This document shows positions 35,960-50,515 of a stretch of DNA of 54,627 nucleotides, piece by piece (within the stretch, counting starts at the first letter, position 1; the number at the start of each line of letters is the position of its first letter). The notes below the pieces were generated by a model. The model saw nothing but the letters and a program-made list of their open reading frames with translations, was not told the DNA's origin and made no database searches. This DNA comes from Octopus bimaculoides (Eukaryota). The position numbers and the translations under genes were made by a program. Where the stretch lies: the NCBI RefSeq assembly GCF_001194135.2, contig NC_068997.1, positions 27,295,452-27,350,078 of the forward strand. The letters run 5' to 3'.

Positions 35960-36490
35960 GGATTGGATTGCCTATATTCAGTCGCAGAAATTGTCAGACA
36001 GCGATGACTGGGTTCTCCTGCTTGTGTGGCATGTTTCAGAGTCTTGTTGCCAGGCATAGGGTCTTCCTGTAGCCACCTTCTTGATCCAGGGCAGCACTAC
36101 CTCCTCCAGGCACTTTATGTAGGCCTCCGTATTGAGTCTGAGGCCGTATGGGAAGATGAATGAGGCATAACGTCTCCATCACTCTAGGCACCAAGATATT
36201 GACTGGATGGTTGATTTTTATCATTCTCAGTACATGTCCTCAGATTGCACTGTCCTCAGATCGACACCCAAGCACTCTGAAATGTTCGTATTGGAGCTTC
36301 CAGCGTGGATCCCAAGCAGTACAGTATGTCATTTCCAAATTCCTGGCAGAGTGAATTGCGTCATGGTGGTGTTTTTCACACAGACAGTGCCCAACTGACC
36401 CTACTATACTGTGTAGTCGACAAAATCGAAAATAAACAATGCACATGCGTGAAGTTAAAAATGTAAAATGCTGACAATTTGCCCGTCGAA
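35960..36490 (-). mobile_element. maT/DD37D-type transposase fragment
   Basis: HPVNI..DGDVMP / FPYGLRLNTEAYIKCLEEVVLPWIKKVATGRPYAWQQDSETCHTSRRTQ across frameshifts. Confidence 0.82.
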
Positions 36491-37023
36491 CCTTGTATAT
36501 ATATATANNNNNNNNNNNNNNNNNNNNNNNNNNNNNNNNNNNNNNNNNNNNNNNNNNNNNNNNNNNNNNNNNNNNNNNNNNNNNNNNNNNNNNNNNNNNN
36601 NNNNNNNNNNNNNNNNNNNNNNNNNNNNNNNNNNNNNNNNNNNNNNNNNNNNNNNNNNNNNNNNNNNNNNNNNNNNNNNNNNNNNNNNNNNNNNNNNNNN
36701 NNNNNNNNNNNNNNNNNNNNNNNNNNNNNNNNNNNNNNNNNNNNNNNNNNNNNNNNNNNNNNNNNNNNNNNNNNNNNNNNNNNNNNNNNNNNNNNNNNNN
36801 NNNNNNNNNNNNNNNNNNNNNNNNNNNNNNNNNNNNNNNNNNNNNNNNNNNNNNNNNNNNNNNNNNNNNNNNNNNNNNNNNNNNNNNNNNNNNNNNNNNN
36901 NNNNNNNNNNNNNNNNNNNNNNNNNNNNNNNNNNNNNTATATATATATATTATATATATATGTATGTGTATACATATGTATGTACATACATATATATACA
37001 TACATACATACATACACACATTC

Positions 37024-37147
<124 letters not shown>

Positions 37148-37459
37148 CTGTGTGTGTGTGTATGTGTTTGTTCTTGTCCGTTCAAAATGCAACTGATAAA
37201 ATGAAAGAGGAGAAAATTGCTTTCCGTTATCTACGTTTCAAGGTACAACGTAACACAAGTCATGATATAAGGAAGAAAATCGTTAGGATCGTCGCCACCA
37301 CCACCACCTCCCCCACCGCCATCACCACCACCGCAGTCCTCATCATCTTCCTACTCACAACACTACTATGCCGTCAACGCCACCACCGATATCACCAGAA
37401 ATAACATTAACATCATTATCGTCGTCGTCAGCATCATCTTCATCATCATCATCATCATT

Positions 37460-37515
<56 letters not shown>

Positions 37516-37559
37516 TATCGTTATCTTCACAACCACTAGTATTATCACCAAAGGTCTGG

Positions 37560-37915
37560 AGAGTCCGAACTCCTTTTCATTATGGACATCTAGTCAATCT
37601 ATTACCTTCGTCCGCTTATAACGACGTCCTGTCAGCCCTTAAGTACTTAGAACTTCGACCCCTACTTGGACCCAGCACTACTTCACACTTGCGCCTAACA
37701 GACCTCATTTTAATCCGTAGCTGCATTTCTTTCTCTAGAGAATTTTATAAGCAGTTCAGCGATGTTACTATGGGATGTAGGATGGGCTCCAATTATGCCG
37801 AACTCTTTGTGCTCCACATTGAAGAAAAAATTTTTGCTCACTTCACCGGATCCATATATGGTCATAATACTGATGGCTGTGTTGGCACCACCACCCTTAC
37901 CAAACAACGAGTCGA
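37560..37915 (+). mobile_element. Penelope-like reverse-transcriptase fragment
   Basis: EFYKQFSDVTMGCRMGSNYAELFVLHIEEKIF..DGCVG, a degenerate GVAMG..NYA.LF / YIDD region. Confidence 0.75.
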
Positions 37916-38653
37916 TCTCGTTGACCTCAGTAGATCACTGGTACTTAAAAAACTAAGAGACAAGCTTCTACACCAATTGTGGGAAAACTGTGATTCACGG
38001 GACTTCCTAAATGGTACTCCTAATGAAAAAATTGTCTTGAAATGCTTTAGTTGTGTGGCCCGCCTGATGATGTGCTATATCTTATGCGGTCCGCATCTCG
38101 AAAATGGCTGCTCATTTCTGTTCTATACAGATTGGTGTAAGTGCTAGAAATACCAGTCAATTTTCTCAGAAGTTACATTGTACAATCTTTAAAAATGTAG
38201 ATACAAGTAACGTGTGCGGAATCCCTACAAACATGACAGGATGGTCATGGTTGGACTATCTTTGATCATATGTTTGTAGAGTCAGAGTTGACCTGGGGGT
38301 TAAACAACATTATGAACAAGAAGAATCTCTACCACAATACGACCATCAAAGACTATGTCGCCGCCGCCGCCACCACCACCACCACCACCACTACTACGAC
38401 AACAACAACTAGTATTAATATATATGAATGTATGTATAATACATATACACACATACGTATATACATACACAAACATGCACGTATATATCACAAATATGTA
38501 TGTTGTGAATAAAATAGTATATTTAAGTACGTATATGTATACATACATATATGTACACACACTTATAAAAACATACATAATACGTATATGCATACATACA
38601 CACATACATATAAATATAATTAAATGAATACATACATACATACATACATATAC

Positions 38654-38707
<54 letters not shown>

Positions 38708-38726
38708 GTGTGCATATATGTATATA

Positions 38727-38809
<83 letters not shown>

Positions 38810-38979
38810 TCACAGACACATAAAGATATACACTTGAACCTGCATAGACACCAAGACATGCGCACATATACACACACATATGCTTGCATAAACCCAGACT
38901 TTCATGGCAATCGGATTATATATTACACATGGCTTATATATAATTAACGACGGCCTTGTACTGTTGGCTGTGATGACGA

Positions 38980-39029
38980 CGATGATGGTGATGATGATGA
39001 TGTTAATGATGATGATGATGATGAGGATA

Positions 39030-39077
<48 letters not shown>

Positions 39078-39082
39078 GTGAA

Positions 39083-39122
<40 letters not shown>

Positions 39123-39127
39123 GTGAA

Positions 39128-39165
<38 letters not shown>
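38980..39165. repeat. (GAT)n microsatellite
   Basis: About 60 units with a repeated GGTGAA interruption. Confidence 0.95.
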
Positions 39166-39166
<1 letters not shown>

Positions 39167-40699
39167 AAGCAATAGAGCTACACTTCTTCAAAAAATTCTC
39201 TTCAAAATTAAATGTTTGAAAGAAAAGCAGAGGAACTACATTTTGTCAAAAAGATTGAAAAGAGAAACAGAGACAATATGCATGGGCACTCCTTCAAATG
39301 AAACAAACTATGAACATTACATGGTTAGCTAACACAAACGCTAACTCATTTATGATGTTTGATTAAATGTACATAGAGAATAGATTGAATTATAAACTAC
39401 CGAAATCAAATTATTTTTATATTCTGATTTTATTTTCCTAATTTATGAATGTTGTACTAATATTTAATGTTTGTCGTGCAAAACTTGGAATTACACAGAA
39501 TATGGGATTTGACTATACAGGTGTAAAGGAATATACATTTTCATAGGACTCTGAAATCTTATTTTCAAATTTTACAGTGATGACCGCACCCTTCTCTCTT
39601 TTGTTATCTTTCCCATTCTACTTCCTAAAACTTACGTCTTGATAGGTCATCTAGCCCTTTTGAGAAAATGTGTTAATTTATAAATACGTTGATAGGAATA
39701 CAATGGGAAAGGAAAGAGGAGGAAGAGAAAAGAAGAAAAAATGCTTTGTAATGAAATTTCAATGGGTTGACCACATTAAATTGAAAAGAAATCTCTCTTT
39801 CTCTTTCCCTCTCTCTCTATCTATCCGTTCCCCAGCCTTTACTTTATTTTTCTTTATCTTTTTTTATTGTCCCGAAACCCCCTTCTCTGCCTATTTACCT
39901 CCCTCGCTCTTCTAAACAAAGCAAAAGACATCTGATTCATATAAGTGAACAAGGAAACGTCCTGTTTTTATCGTTTTGACTTTGTCTTGACGAATTCGGT
40001 AAACGAAAGCGCTAATAAAGAATTATGTACATGTATATATATGTGTGTGTGTGCGTATATATTTCCTTAACTTCCATGTTATGTACGCCCTCACTATACC
40101 AACTAGTCTCTATATACTTTCATGCGTTTACTACTCGATCTTTCCTTCACACAGTCAAATACCCTCCGAAGGCCTCCACTCATATCTGTCTCACTTTCTT
40201 TTAAAAGATGGAACTAGTAACTTCTGTCATCTTTTACCATGGATTTTCCTTCATACTTCAACAATGGAACTGCCAACTGACATTAGATTTTATTAAGGAT
40301 TTTCTTAATTTTTCGACCAAGGAACTACCAAACACAATTATCTTTTATTTTGGACACTCTTTAGTTCTTCGACGAACTGGTTACTACTAATATCCTTGGT
40401 CAAGGATATTCTCTATTACTCTCTCCAATGACGTGATAGTTAACTTACACGGAAATGTTTACTCCATAACATATGATCCACACGCTTAACTATTCAAGAA
40501 ACAGCTGTATGTGACTTTACCTATTTACTATAACTACGCTGCACTATGTCTAAATGTTTAAACTATAAATTAAATGCTCTAAAGTGGTATGTTTTGCTTG
40601 CTCTTTCTCTGAACCACTTCTAGCCATCTTTGATAAGCAGCGCCAACACCACCTTTTTTAGTTGCAGCCCAAACCGGAGTTTAACTGGTAAGTGAAACT

Positions 40700-42540
40700 G
40701 TTGTGGAAGAATTCCGACCACCCACCAAGTGACTAAAGGTGAATTGACTCATTGTTATAAAATAAAGAATTATGATCGATGGCAGTTCGGGTTGGTAAGG
40801 TGTTCACTGTGAGCCGTTGGTTGAGAGCGTGAGTCTCGTGTAATAATATTTCTTTCTCCCCTGATTCTCGTTAAATTATATATCCAGCATCAGGATATAA
40901 AAGTGGTGACAAGTTGTTCGAAGCTTGCATTGGACGTTTAAATTTTTTTGGTACGAACCCTCCTTACCCCCCAGAATCGTTCTAACATGGAAGACCTATT
41001 GGCCTCTGTGGTGCAATTGCAACAGCAACATCAGCAACAACAACAGCAATTACAACAGCAGCAACAGCAGCAGTAACAAATACAACAGCAACAAAACCAA
41101 CAGTTGCTGGAATTAATGCTGAAGAAGTCTGAAAATACTTCAGGTTCGTACTCGCCAGATAGCGTAGCAAATCAATTGAAGAATTCAGCTATAAATCAGA
41201 AGAAGGGATTACCCTCTATGCATATTTTCGAAGATACGAACAAATCTTCAAAGAAGAGTTTAAAAGTTGGTCTGACAAGAAAATAGTACGANNNNNNNNN
41301 NNNNNNNNNNNNNNNNNNNNNNNNNNNNNNNNNNNNNNNNNNNNNNNNNNNNNNNNNNNNNNNNNNNNNNNNNNNNNNNNNNNNNNNNNNNNNNNNNNNN
41401 NNNNNNNNNNNNNNNNNNNNNNNNNNNNNNNNNNNNNNNNNNNNNNNNNNNNNNNNNNNNNNNNNNNNNNNNNNNNNNNNNNNNNNNNNNNNNNNNNNNN
41501 NNNNNNNNNNNNNNNNNNNNNNNNNNNNNNNNNNNNNNNNNNNNNNNNNNNNNNNNNNNNNNNNNNNNNNNNNNNNNNNNNNNNNNNNNNNNNNNNNNNN
41601 NNNNNNNNNNNNNNNNNNNNNNNNNNNNNNNNNNNNNNNNNNNNNNNNNNNNNNNNNNNNNNNNNNNNNNNNNNNNNNNNNNNNNNNNNNNNNNNNNNNN
41701 NNNNNNNNNNNNNNNNNNNNNNNNNNNNNNNNNNNNNNNNNNNNNNNNNNNNNNNNNNNNNNNNNNNNNNNNNNNNNNNNNNNNNNNNNNNNNNNNNNNN
41801 NNNNNNNNNNNNNNNNNNNNNNNNNNNNNNNNNNNNNNNNNNNNNNNNNNNNNNNNNNNNNNNNNNNNNNNNNNNNNNNNNNNNNNNNNNNNNNNNNNNN
41901 NNNNNNNNNNNNNNNNNNNNNNNNNNNNNNNNNNNNNNNNNNNNNNNNNNNNNNNNNNNNNNNNNNNNNNNNNNNNNNNNNNNNNNNNNNNNNNNNNNNN
42001 NNNNNNNNNNNNNNNNNNNNNNNNNNNNNNNNNNNNNNNNNNNNNNNNNNNNNNNNNNNNNNNNNNNNNNNNNNNNNNNNNNNNNNNNNNNNNNNNNNNN
42101 NNATTTCGTGAAAAAACCTTAAAAGTAAAAATTTTTGTGTTGAATAATAGGACAAATTTATTCGGAACTGATTGGATGGAATTATTTAACTCATAGGATC
42201 TCCCCATAAATCTTTTCTGTAAAAATGTAAATGGTTTTCCTGCCAGTACAAATAAATCGTCAGACGAACCAAAAAAAAAAAAAAAAGAAAAAATTGCAAA
42301 AGATTTTCCTGAGGTTCTGTCTGATAAATTAGGTCTGTGCACCAAATCGAAAGCGAAGTTTCAAATCAAAGAAAACGCCATACCTACATTTAACCCCAAA
42401 CAAACTGTACCGTTTGCAGCGTTAGAACCGACAAACTTAGAGTAAGAGAAACTACAAAAAGTTGGAGTTATCCAAAAGTGGAATATAGTCAATGGGCATC
42501 ACCAACTGTGTACGTTAAGAAAAAGAATAATAAAATCAGA

Positions 42541-42545
<5 letters not shown>
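40700..42545 (+). mobile_element. Ty3/gypsy (K02A2.6-like) LTR retrotransposon remnant
   Basis: FPEVLSDKLGLCTKSKAKFQIKENAIPTFNPKQTVPFAA..VEYSQWASPTVYVKKKNNKIRV at 42300-42545; gag-like text at 41100-41290; PBS-like TGGTGACAAG near 40903; middle lost in a gap. Confidence 0.8.
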
Positions 42546-42596
<51 letters not shown>

Positions 42597-42879
42597 ATGC
42601 CGACTTACATGCCTGTGTGTGACAATTAGCCATAAAGCTCTTATGCTGCCAGCCAACTCTGACGTAACGAGACGTTAAATTAAAGAACAAGGTGACAATT
42701 ACATCAAGAAGGAGGGGGTGGAGTAGCAATGAAATAGGTCGAGATCTTTTTGTTATTGTTGTTGTTAGTGTTGTTGTCTTTTTCTCTATTCACTGTCTGA
42801 CAGTTAGTCGTTGTTGTTATTTTATTGTATAACAAGCAGTCTTAAAGCTCTACAGATTTGTTATGATTTGTTGTTGCTA

Positions 42880-42915
42880 CTGGCCTTTGTTGTTGTTGTT
42901 GTGATTGTTGTTGTG

Positions 42916-42957
<42 letters not shown>

Positions 42958-44090
42958 GGTGGTGGTGGTGATTGAGTTGGTGTTAGTGGTGATGTTAGTG
43001 TTTATGATGCTGGTGGCGTTGGCGCGCAGTGGCGGGGGTTGTGGCCATAGTATAATGGTAGTGATGCTGCTTCTGATGTTGGCGGCGTAGGTTGTAGTAG
43101 TTTTAGTGGTACAGCTGATGTTGGTAACTGTTATTACCAGCGACAGTAGTGATGGAAAGAGGTGCTAGTGTTGGTAGTAGTGGAAGTGGTATGGTGGAAT
43201 TGTTGGTGTTGGTAGTGAGAGAGGTGGAGGTATTTGCAGTGGTTGAGAAGTGGTGCTCGTACTGATGGAGATGGTGGTTGTTTTGAGGGTAGTGGCGTTG
43301 GTGTTGGAAGGGGTGGTGGAAATAGTAGTAGTGGTGTTGGTGGTGGAGAAACTACTGCTGGTGGTAGTAGTAGTGCTGTTGTTGTTGTTGTTGTTGTTGT
43401 TGCTGGTGGTGGTATCCATTTTGGCGTCTGTACTGATGTGTGGTTGTTGCTGTTGATGTGTTGTTTGATCCCCATGTTATCTCCAATCGAACTGACTTAT
43501 GATCAAAGACATTCCAGTGGTGACCATCCCATTCGTTTTCGACATATCAGGGTATCAGGCTATTCGATAAGATGTATCCTTCTTCCTATTTTAAAGACGA
43601 TATAGTGGTTACTACTTCTAGCAGCTTGTTGAGAGCACATGGAACTCCTGCAGTTGCCAACGGTGTTGTTGTTGTTGTTGGTGGTGGTGATGATGATGAT
43701 GATGATGACGGTGACGATGATGATAATGATGGAGGGGTGTGGTGGTGGTAGTAGTGATTGTTATATAAGTGGTGATGGTGGTGGTGATGATGGTGGTGGT
43801 GGTGATGGTGGTGACAGTGTTATTTTTGTTGTTGCTGCTGCTCTTTCTGAGAGTGATAGCAGGAGGAGAGGCAGATGGTATAAACAATGGAGGTGATGGT
43901 AGCGTTGCATCTGTGGCTGTGGTTGTTGTTATTGTTGTCATAATTGCTGTTGTTGTTGTTGTTGATGGCGTTATGTCTGCTTTATTATTATTGTTGTAGT
44001 TGTTTGTGGTATTAGTGATGGGGGAATTAGTGACGGTGGCGGTCGGGGAGGTATCTGTGGTGGTGGTGATGGTGGTGCTGGTGGCGCTGC
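42880..44090. repeat. Degenerate (GTT/GGT/GAT)n low-complexity region upstream of gene 2
   Basis: Direct reading; produces spurious poly-V/G/T ORFs. Confidence 0.85.
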
Positions 44091-44138
44091 TGTCAGAGGA
44101 TTAGTTTAGTCGAGTCAATAGCAGCGAACGTAGCAGAA

Positions 44139-44205
44139 ATGTACTGGATGTTGGTCACTCTACTGACAAACAACATTGTACAAAATGGCGCCGACAAAAT
44201 CTTCG
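44139..44205 (+). CDS. Gene 2 probable first coding exon (signal peptide)
   Basis: ATG at 44139 gives MYWMLVTLLTNNIVQNGADKIF; perfect donor G|gtaagt; phase 1 matches the C-type lectin exon at 50516. Confidence 0.55.
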
Positions 44206-44567
44206 GTAAGTCACAATGGACTACCGTTACTTCTTCAATTACTTAGATGTCAAACACACACACACACACTCATATACGTATATGCATAGGTATATGTGTG
44301 TCCAAATATATGTATATTTACATATATGTATGTATGTATATATATATATATATATATATATNNNNNNNNNNNNNNNNNNNNNNNNNNNNNNNNNNNNNNN
44401 NNNNNNNNNNNNNNNNNNNNNNNNNNNNNNNNNNNNNNNNNNNNNNNNNNNNNNNNNNNNNNNNNNNNNNNNNNNNNNNNNTCATATATGTACACACACA
44501 CACTCACTCACATATATATACATATATTTGTATATCATCATCATCGTCATCATCATCGTCGTCGTCG

Positions 44568-44600
<33 letters not shown>

Positions 44601-44757
44601 ACATTATCATCAATATCATACGTATTAAACCTGTACAGGGTTAGACGTTGACAGTGACTTCGAAGTTTAATAAATATGCACTCTACTACAGTAGAGTATT
44701 GAATAATCCTTCAGCTTAACGTTAAATTGTTTTTACATAACTTGACATAGAAACAAA

Positions 44758-44807
<50 letters not shown>

Positions 44808-44918
44808 TGTATGTGTGTCTGTGTGCGTATGTGTGTTTGACTTTATCGTTGTCTCTTCTCTCTTCTATCATCCATTTTTATATTATACATATATATGTAT
44901 AGGCATATAAATCTAATA

Positions 44919-44967
<49 letters not shown>

Positions 44968-45176
44968 GTCTATCCACATGTGTGTATATGTGTGCATATA
45001 AATCTCTCTCCCCTCCTCCCCTTCCTCCTCTCTCTTTCTCTCTCAATCATATTTTAAGTACATATATATTGATGTATGTATATATGCATGTATGGTTGTG
45101 TTTTGGAATTATGTTCGGATTCCCTTGACAATATAGAAATGGACATCATTGAATAAGCGGATTGAATATGTATTGA

Positions 45177-45247
<71 letters not shown>

Positions 45248-46147
45248 ATCATTATAAAAAATTATATTACCTGATCTGAATGTGTTTATGTAAACTATTT
45301 TTCAACTTATCGCAGAGGATACACAAAACCTCAAACTTTTTCTTGTCATTGTCAAAGACTATCACTTGATTTTGAATGCATTTATATAAACTAATTTTTG
45401 ACACCACAGAAGATACACAATGCCTCATACATTACATTTGAAGATCTTTTTTAATTAGTGAAACCGGTTAAGTTAAATACTTTTACAAGACTCATGCATT
45501 TCCCCTTATATACACACACATATATATGTATATATACGTATAAATATATATATTTATATATGTATATACACATATGTGTATATATGTATTTATAGATGTA
45601 TGCGAGTGCATAAATATATGTGTCTGTAGGTGTGTGTCTACATATGTCTGCAACGGGTGTATATATTTACTTCTTTACATGTGCGTTTTTGTTTATATGT
45701 TTACACGTGCGTATATGTTTGCATGTTTCCATACAAGAATAAATAAATAAAAAGAAAGACATTTACGACCTTCTGCTGTCATGCTTAGACGCTGATATGG
45801 CCTTAAATCTAAAGCATCCGATATGGCTGTGTAGTGAACAAGCTTGCTTCGCACCCACGTATCGTGGCTTCTGGCTTCAGGTTTAGATCCTCGGTGAAAC
45901 TCATGTAGGGCATAATTCTCTTATTTATTTTTCTGATTTATTTTTGTGTGATAATCGTTTGCTTTTGTATTAGTTTCTTAACGAGGCAACCATGTTTTGT
46001 TATATTTCTGTAGAAAAAACTTCAGTTGAGCAAATCAGTCGTAATAAATTAATATTGTTCTACCATGTGGTATACAACATGTGAACATATGTGCGTTAAT
46101 GTATCAATACTCGAGTGTATATATGTTGTGATCATGTACATGTTTTA

Positions 46148-46440
46148 CAAGGCGGCAAGTTGACAGAGTCGTTAGCAGGCCGGACAAAGTCCTTAGTGGC
46201 ATTTCGTCCGTCTTCGTGCTCAGAGCTCAAATTTCGCCGAGGTCGGATTTCGATGTCGACATAAGACAAATCGATTATATCGACGTCCAATACTACACAG
46301 ATACTTTGTTTTATCGACTTCGAACGATGAAGGACAAAGGTGACCCAAGCGGGATTTGAACTCCAAACATAAAGGGTCGGAAGAAATACCACTAAGCATT
46401 TTGACCGACGTACTAAAGGTTCTGCCAGTTTGCCGTCCTC
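46148..46440. mobile_element. Tail-to-tail inverted pair of SINE family A
   Basis: Plus head 46148-46260 directly followed by a minus copy ending GTTCTGCCAGTTTGCCGTCCT. Confidence 0.8.
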
Positions 46441-46777
46441 ATAGAGTCTATGCGACTATACTCTTTAATGGTTACACCTTTTTATTCTAATATGACAGGG
46501 TGTGGTTTATGGGAGATTTGGCAGATATTATTGTAACTACTCGTGATATAACACGAACTATCGACTCCTTTTTCATTCAATGTATTGCGACGCACCTGAT
46601 ATCCAATCCACAGCCGTCAGAAACATCAAGTGTTGAAGCGTACCACTAGCCAATATACGCACACATATTGCTTTCGTTAAAGATTGTGTGTGTTCATTTT
46701 GCTTTCTTTGCTTGTTGAACTACTGGAGTGGCACAGATCAGAGGTCGTTGCTGCGATAATATTCCTTATCGCATAAC

Positions 46778-46918
46778 AAGGCGGCGAGCTGGCAGAAACG
46801 TTAGCACGCCGGGCGAAATGCTTAGCGGTATTTCGTCTGTCTTTACGTTCTGAGTTCAAATTCCGCCAAGGTCGACTTTGCCTTTCATCCTTTCGGGATC
46901 GATAAATTAAGTACCAAA
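46778..46918 (+). mobile_element. SINE family A, low-divergence copy
   Basis: AAGGCGGCGAGCTGGCAGAAACGTTAGCACGCCGGGCG..CTGAGTTCAAATTCCGCC; A-box and B-box-like tRNA head. Confidence 0.9.
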
Positions 46919-47305
46919 AATGAAGTATTACTATACATTCTATATTCCATATTCTATATCCCACATTAATTTTATAAGAATATAAATAAAACATAAAAAA
47001 CAGAGTTGGAATTCTTTTGAATAATATATTCCTCTATACACTATCATACAAACCTCTTTTTTTTATTTCATATATATNNNNNNNNNNNNNNNNNNNNNNN
47101 NNNNNNNNNNNNNNNNNNNNNNNNNNNNNNNNNNNNNNNNNNNNNNNNNNNNNNNNNNNNNNNNNNNNNNNNNNNNNNNNNNNNNNNNNNNNNNNNNNNN
47201 NNNNNNNNNNNNNNNNNNNNNNNNNNNNNNNNNNNNNNNNNNNNNNNNNNNNNNNNNNNNNNNNNNNNNNNNNNNNNNNNNNNNNNNNNNNNNNNNNNNN
47301 NNNNN

Positions 47306-47337
<32 letters not shown>

Positions 47338-47569
47338 GAAAATAGATCCGTTTTTCATCCCTAGCTTCAATTCGACACCCAGAACGGGCATCTCGAGGAT
47401 TTGCCACCTGTCGTTTACAAATGTTCAGATACTGTTGAACCTGGTCATTGAGTACGCGGGGCTTCTCGACGGCGTCCGTTCACAAGGTCAAGCTTATGGA
47501 GTTGTCGATTGATGGTGCTTTGTGAAGGACCAAGTTCTGCCGACAAAATACGAGTGCTTGTGCTTAGCA

Positions 47570-47830
47570 GTCGTTCAACCATTTCAGGCAAAGCCTAATC
47601 TTTCACAAGAGATAGTCTCCCTGACCTTAGTTTGTCTTTAAGGCTGGTGTCAGCTTCATCGAAAAGTTTGAACGAGTTCTGTACCCAATTGTGGTTGACA
47701 GGTCCTGGACATTCCACATCATTAGTTTGTTTTGCCGCTTCCCTTTCAACCAGTCCTATTTTACCATAGGTAGAGTTAAATTCCTCTAATTGCAATATTT
47801 TCCTCACTCATAAAGAATACACAATTACTG
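47570..47830 (-). mobile_element. Mariner 5' (HTH) fragment
   Basis: EAAKQTNDV..PGPV..WVQNSFKLFDEADTSLKDKLRSGR. Confidence 0.75.
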
Positions 47831-49137
47831 TTTATATATGTCATATATGAAAATAAAGAATAAGTAACAATTGGATAAGCAACAGTTACTAATTATATAA
47901 CATAGAGATACTAGTTGCCAAAAATCACAAGTGAAAATCTGAAAAACTTTTCATTGAACCTCGTATATATGTGATACATCCCCCACACACCGAAACTGGC
48001 GGCTGTCTCGGATTTAGGTACTATATACATATCTGCTTTGTGGTATATAGTAGGGATTCCTTCAACCTGTTGTAACCACAGACGTTGCTATATTATTCTA
48101 ATTAGTATTTTATTATTTAATAATCACGTACACCGAAAAATACCTCAGCTACATAAATATGTATTATCCACACAAACGCCAGAACTGACCCCCCCCCCTA
48201 CACGCGCGCACCGCCCACACCCCCACAAACAAGCACATACAGTGACAAACCTCACATACACACATATGTATGTCTATATTTGTACATATGTGTACACACA
48301 TACGTACATACATTCTTGCACGCGTACATATACACACACATACACAGCTATATACATATATATCGTTGCGTATGTGTGTGACTATATGTGTATATGTATG
48401 TGTGTTCAATAGCCGTTATGCTTCTTTCATAACATAACTGTTTCAGTTTTCACAAACAATCCCAGATCGATTCAGTTTTTCGCCCAAAACAAAAACCTAA
48501 ACATCATATAAGAAATCAAAACGAACAGATACAGAAACGAAGCCAGCAAACAATTAAATGATTCAGCGAAACATGCTTGAACTTTGATATCTCACCTGAT
48601 TTCAATCGATCCCAAAGTACAGACGATAGGATACATTTGAACAGGATATAATAGATTGAGGAAAATAATTATATCTTATTGATAATTTTTTAATCTTTTA
48701 GCTTTGATAATCCTTACATAACCGGGGGAAATGTATTAGTTCGAACTGAATGTGTCGCTTGACCCATCTGTTTACAATGAGTGACTTGTGATGGCTGAAA
48801 CACTAAGTACACTTTTGATAAGTGATAACCACACTTCATCTTATTTGTTGTTGCTGTTGTTGTTATTGTTTTTGATGTTGCAGGGTAGCCTTAGTTAGCT
48901 CCCGAATGAGGGTCACTTTTGCTTACTCTTGATCGAGGCTCCTCCAAGGTCTTTCTTCATTGAAGTTAGTCTTAGATCAGTGTTGATCGAGGTTCTTTCT
49001 AGACCAGTCTTGGTTTGGTGGTGATAGTGGAGGGACTGCATTGAACTGCTTCTCTGTTTGATCTGTCGTGGGCGTAGAATCATGTGCAATAGAACTGGCA
49101 GTGAAGGGCAAAATGCTCACTTGTTACACTTAAGGGA

Positions 49138-49177
<40 letters not shown>

Positions 49178-50515
49178 GGGGAAGTAAGCAACGTGAAACC
49201 CTGGTACGGATGTAACAACAGGTATAAAATATACCCCAACACCTTGTAATACATTTCCTTCCCGTGAGTGCGTATTAGATACGTTTACACGAAAACATAA
49301 GAACACCGAACCATTTTTTCTTCCTGTGCTCATACTCAAATACACACATACACACGTATACACATACACGCAAATGCACGCATATAACGGTTTTATTAAC
49401 TCCCACATTCAAAATCAATGAGAAAGAACTGCAGGTTAATAATGGAATAAATTATGTTAATGCTATTTATTACTGGCGTGTAATTTCACAAGGTAACATT
49501 AAAGAGAGCAATCTTAAATACTACCTGTTTTCTTTATGGTAATTATTTGACGTAATCTGACCAATCTTTCATACAAACTCTACTTGGATTTCATGATAGC
49601 TACCTCATTTGAGTTCTTATAGACGTCCAGTTTAATTTCCCATACAATTTATGACAGGCGCATAAGTTTTTTCTTTACTTTAAATATTCAGTAAGAAACT
49701 GTTGTAATATTGAAACGTACTTCGATAAAAACATATAGTACAGGTTGAAAAGGGATTCCAGATAGTTCTAGAACTAAGGTGATTTCTTCCGTGATCCTTG
49801 GAGCTGCTCCTGAAAGATTTTGAAATTATTACGCTCACCAAAAGCATCATCTCCATTCCAGAAGTGTGTCTCCTAGATGCAGAAAGAAAGCGATGGAGTT
49901 GGAGGTAGAGAAGTAGAAAAGTTCAGTTGTTACGTATATGGTTTGATTTACGTGCAACGTACAAAAGGTAGACGGCCAGTAATAAAACAGTCGATAGTCT
50001 ACTTTTGTGACTACTACAACTCTTACAGACGCCAATACCTGAATTGCTTCCGCTATCTTTATCACAATCTATTTTGAGTATCTGGATGGACAGAGAATGC
50101 ATTGAAACGGAAGGTGATCGTCAAGGTTGAGAATTGCCTGGAACAATCGCAGGTGGTGACTTCTTACCTGCAGGTTACCATTATATGACCTTCGTGTTTA
50201 GTCAGTTACACTTCATTTTATGTTCATTCTGACGAGTACTTCTTCGAATATTACCCAACATTGCCTTTCTCCTTTCAGGGTCAATAAAATAAGCACCAGC
50301 TGAGCGCTGAGGTCGATGTAATCGACTAGACCCCTTCCCCGAAATTGCTGGCCTTGGCCCCAAATTTGAAATTATCATCATTATTATTGTTGTTGCTGCT
50401 GTTGTTATTATTATTATTGCAATTATTATTGTTATCATTATCTAATACTGTTTCATGTACCACAAAAACAAACAATAAACTCTGTATCATTGTATATTGA
50501 TTCATCTTGTTTCAG

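Noticed and set aside
46778-46860. tRNA gene candidate
   Set aside because: A-box and B-box-like motifs are present, but it continues into the SINE core and has many diverged copies; it is a tRNA-derived SINE head.
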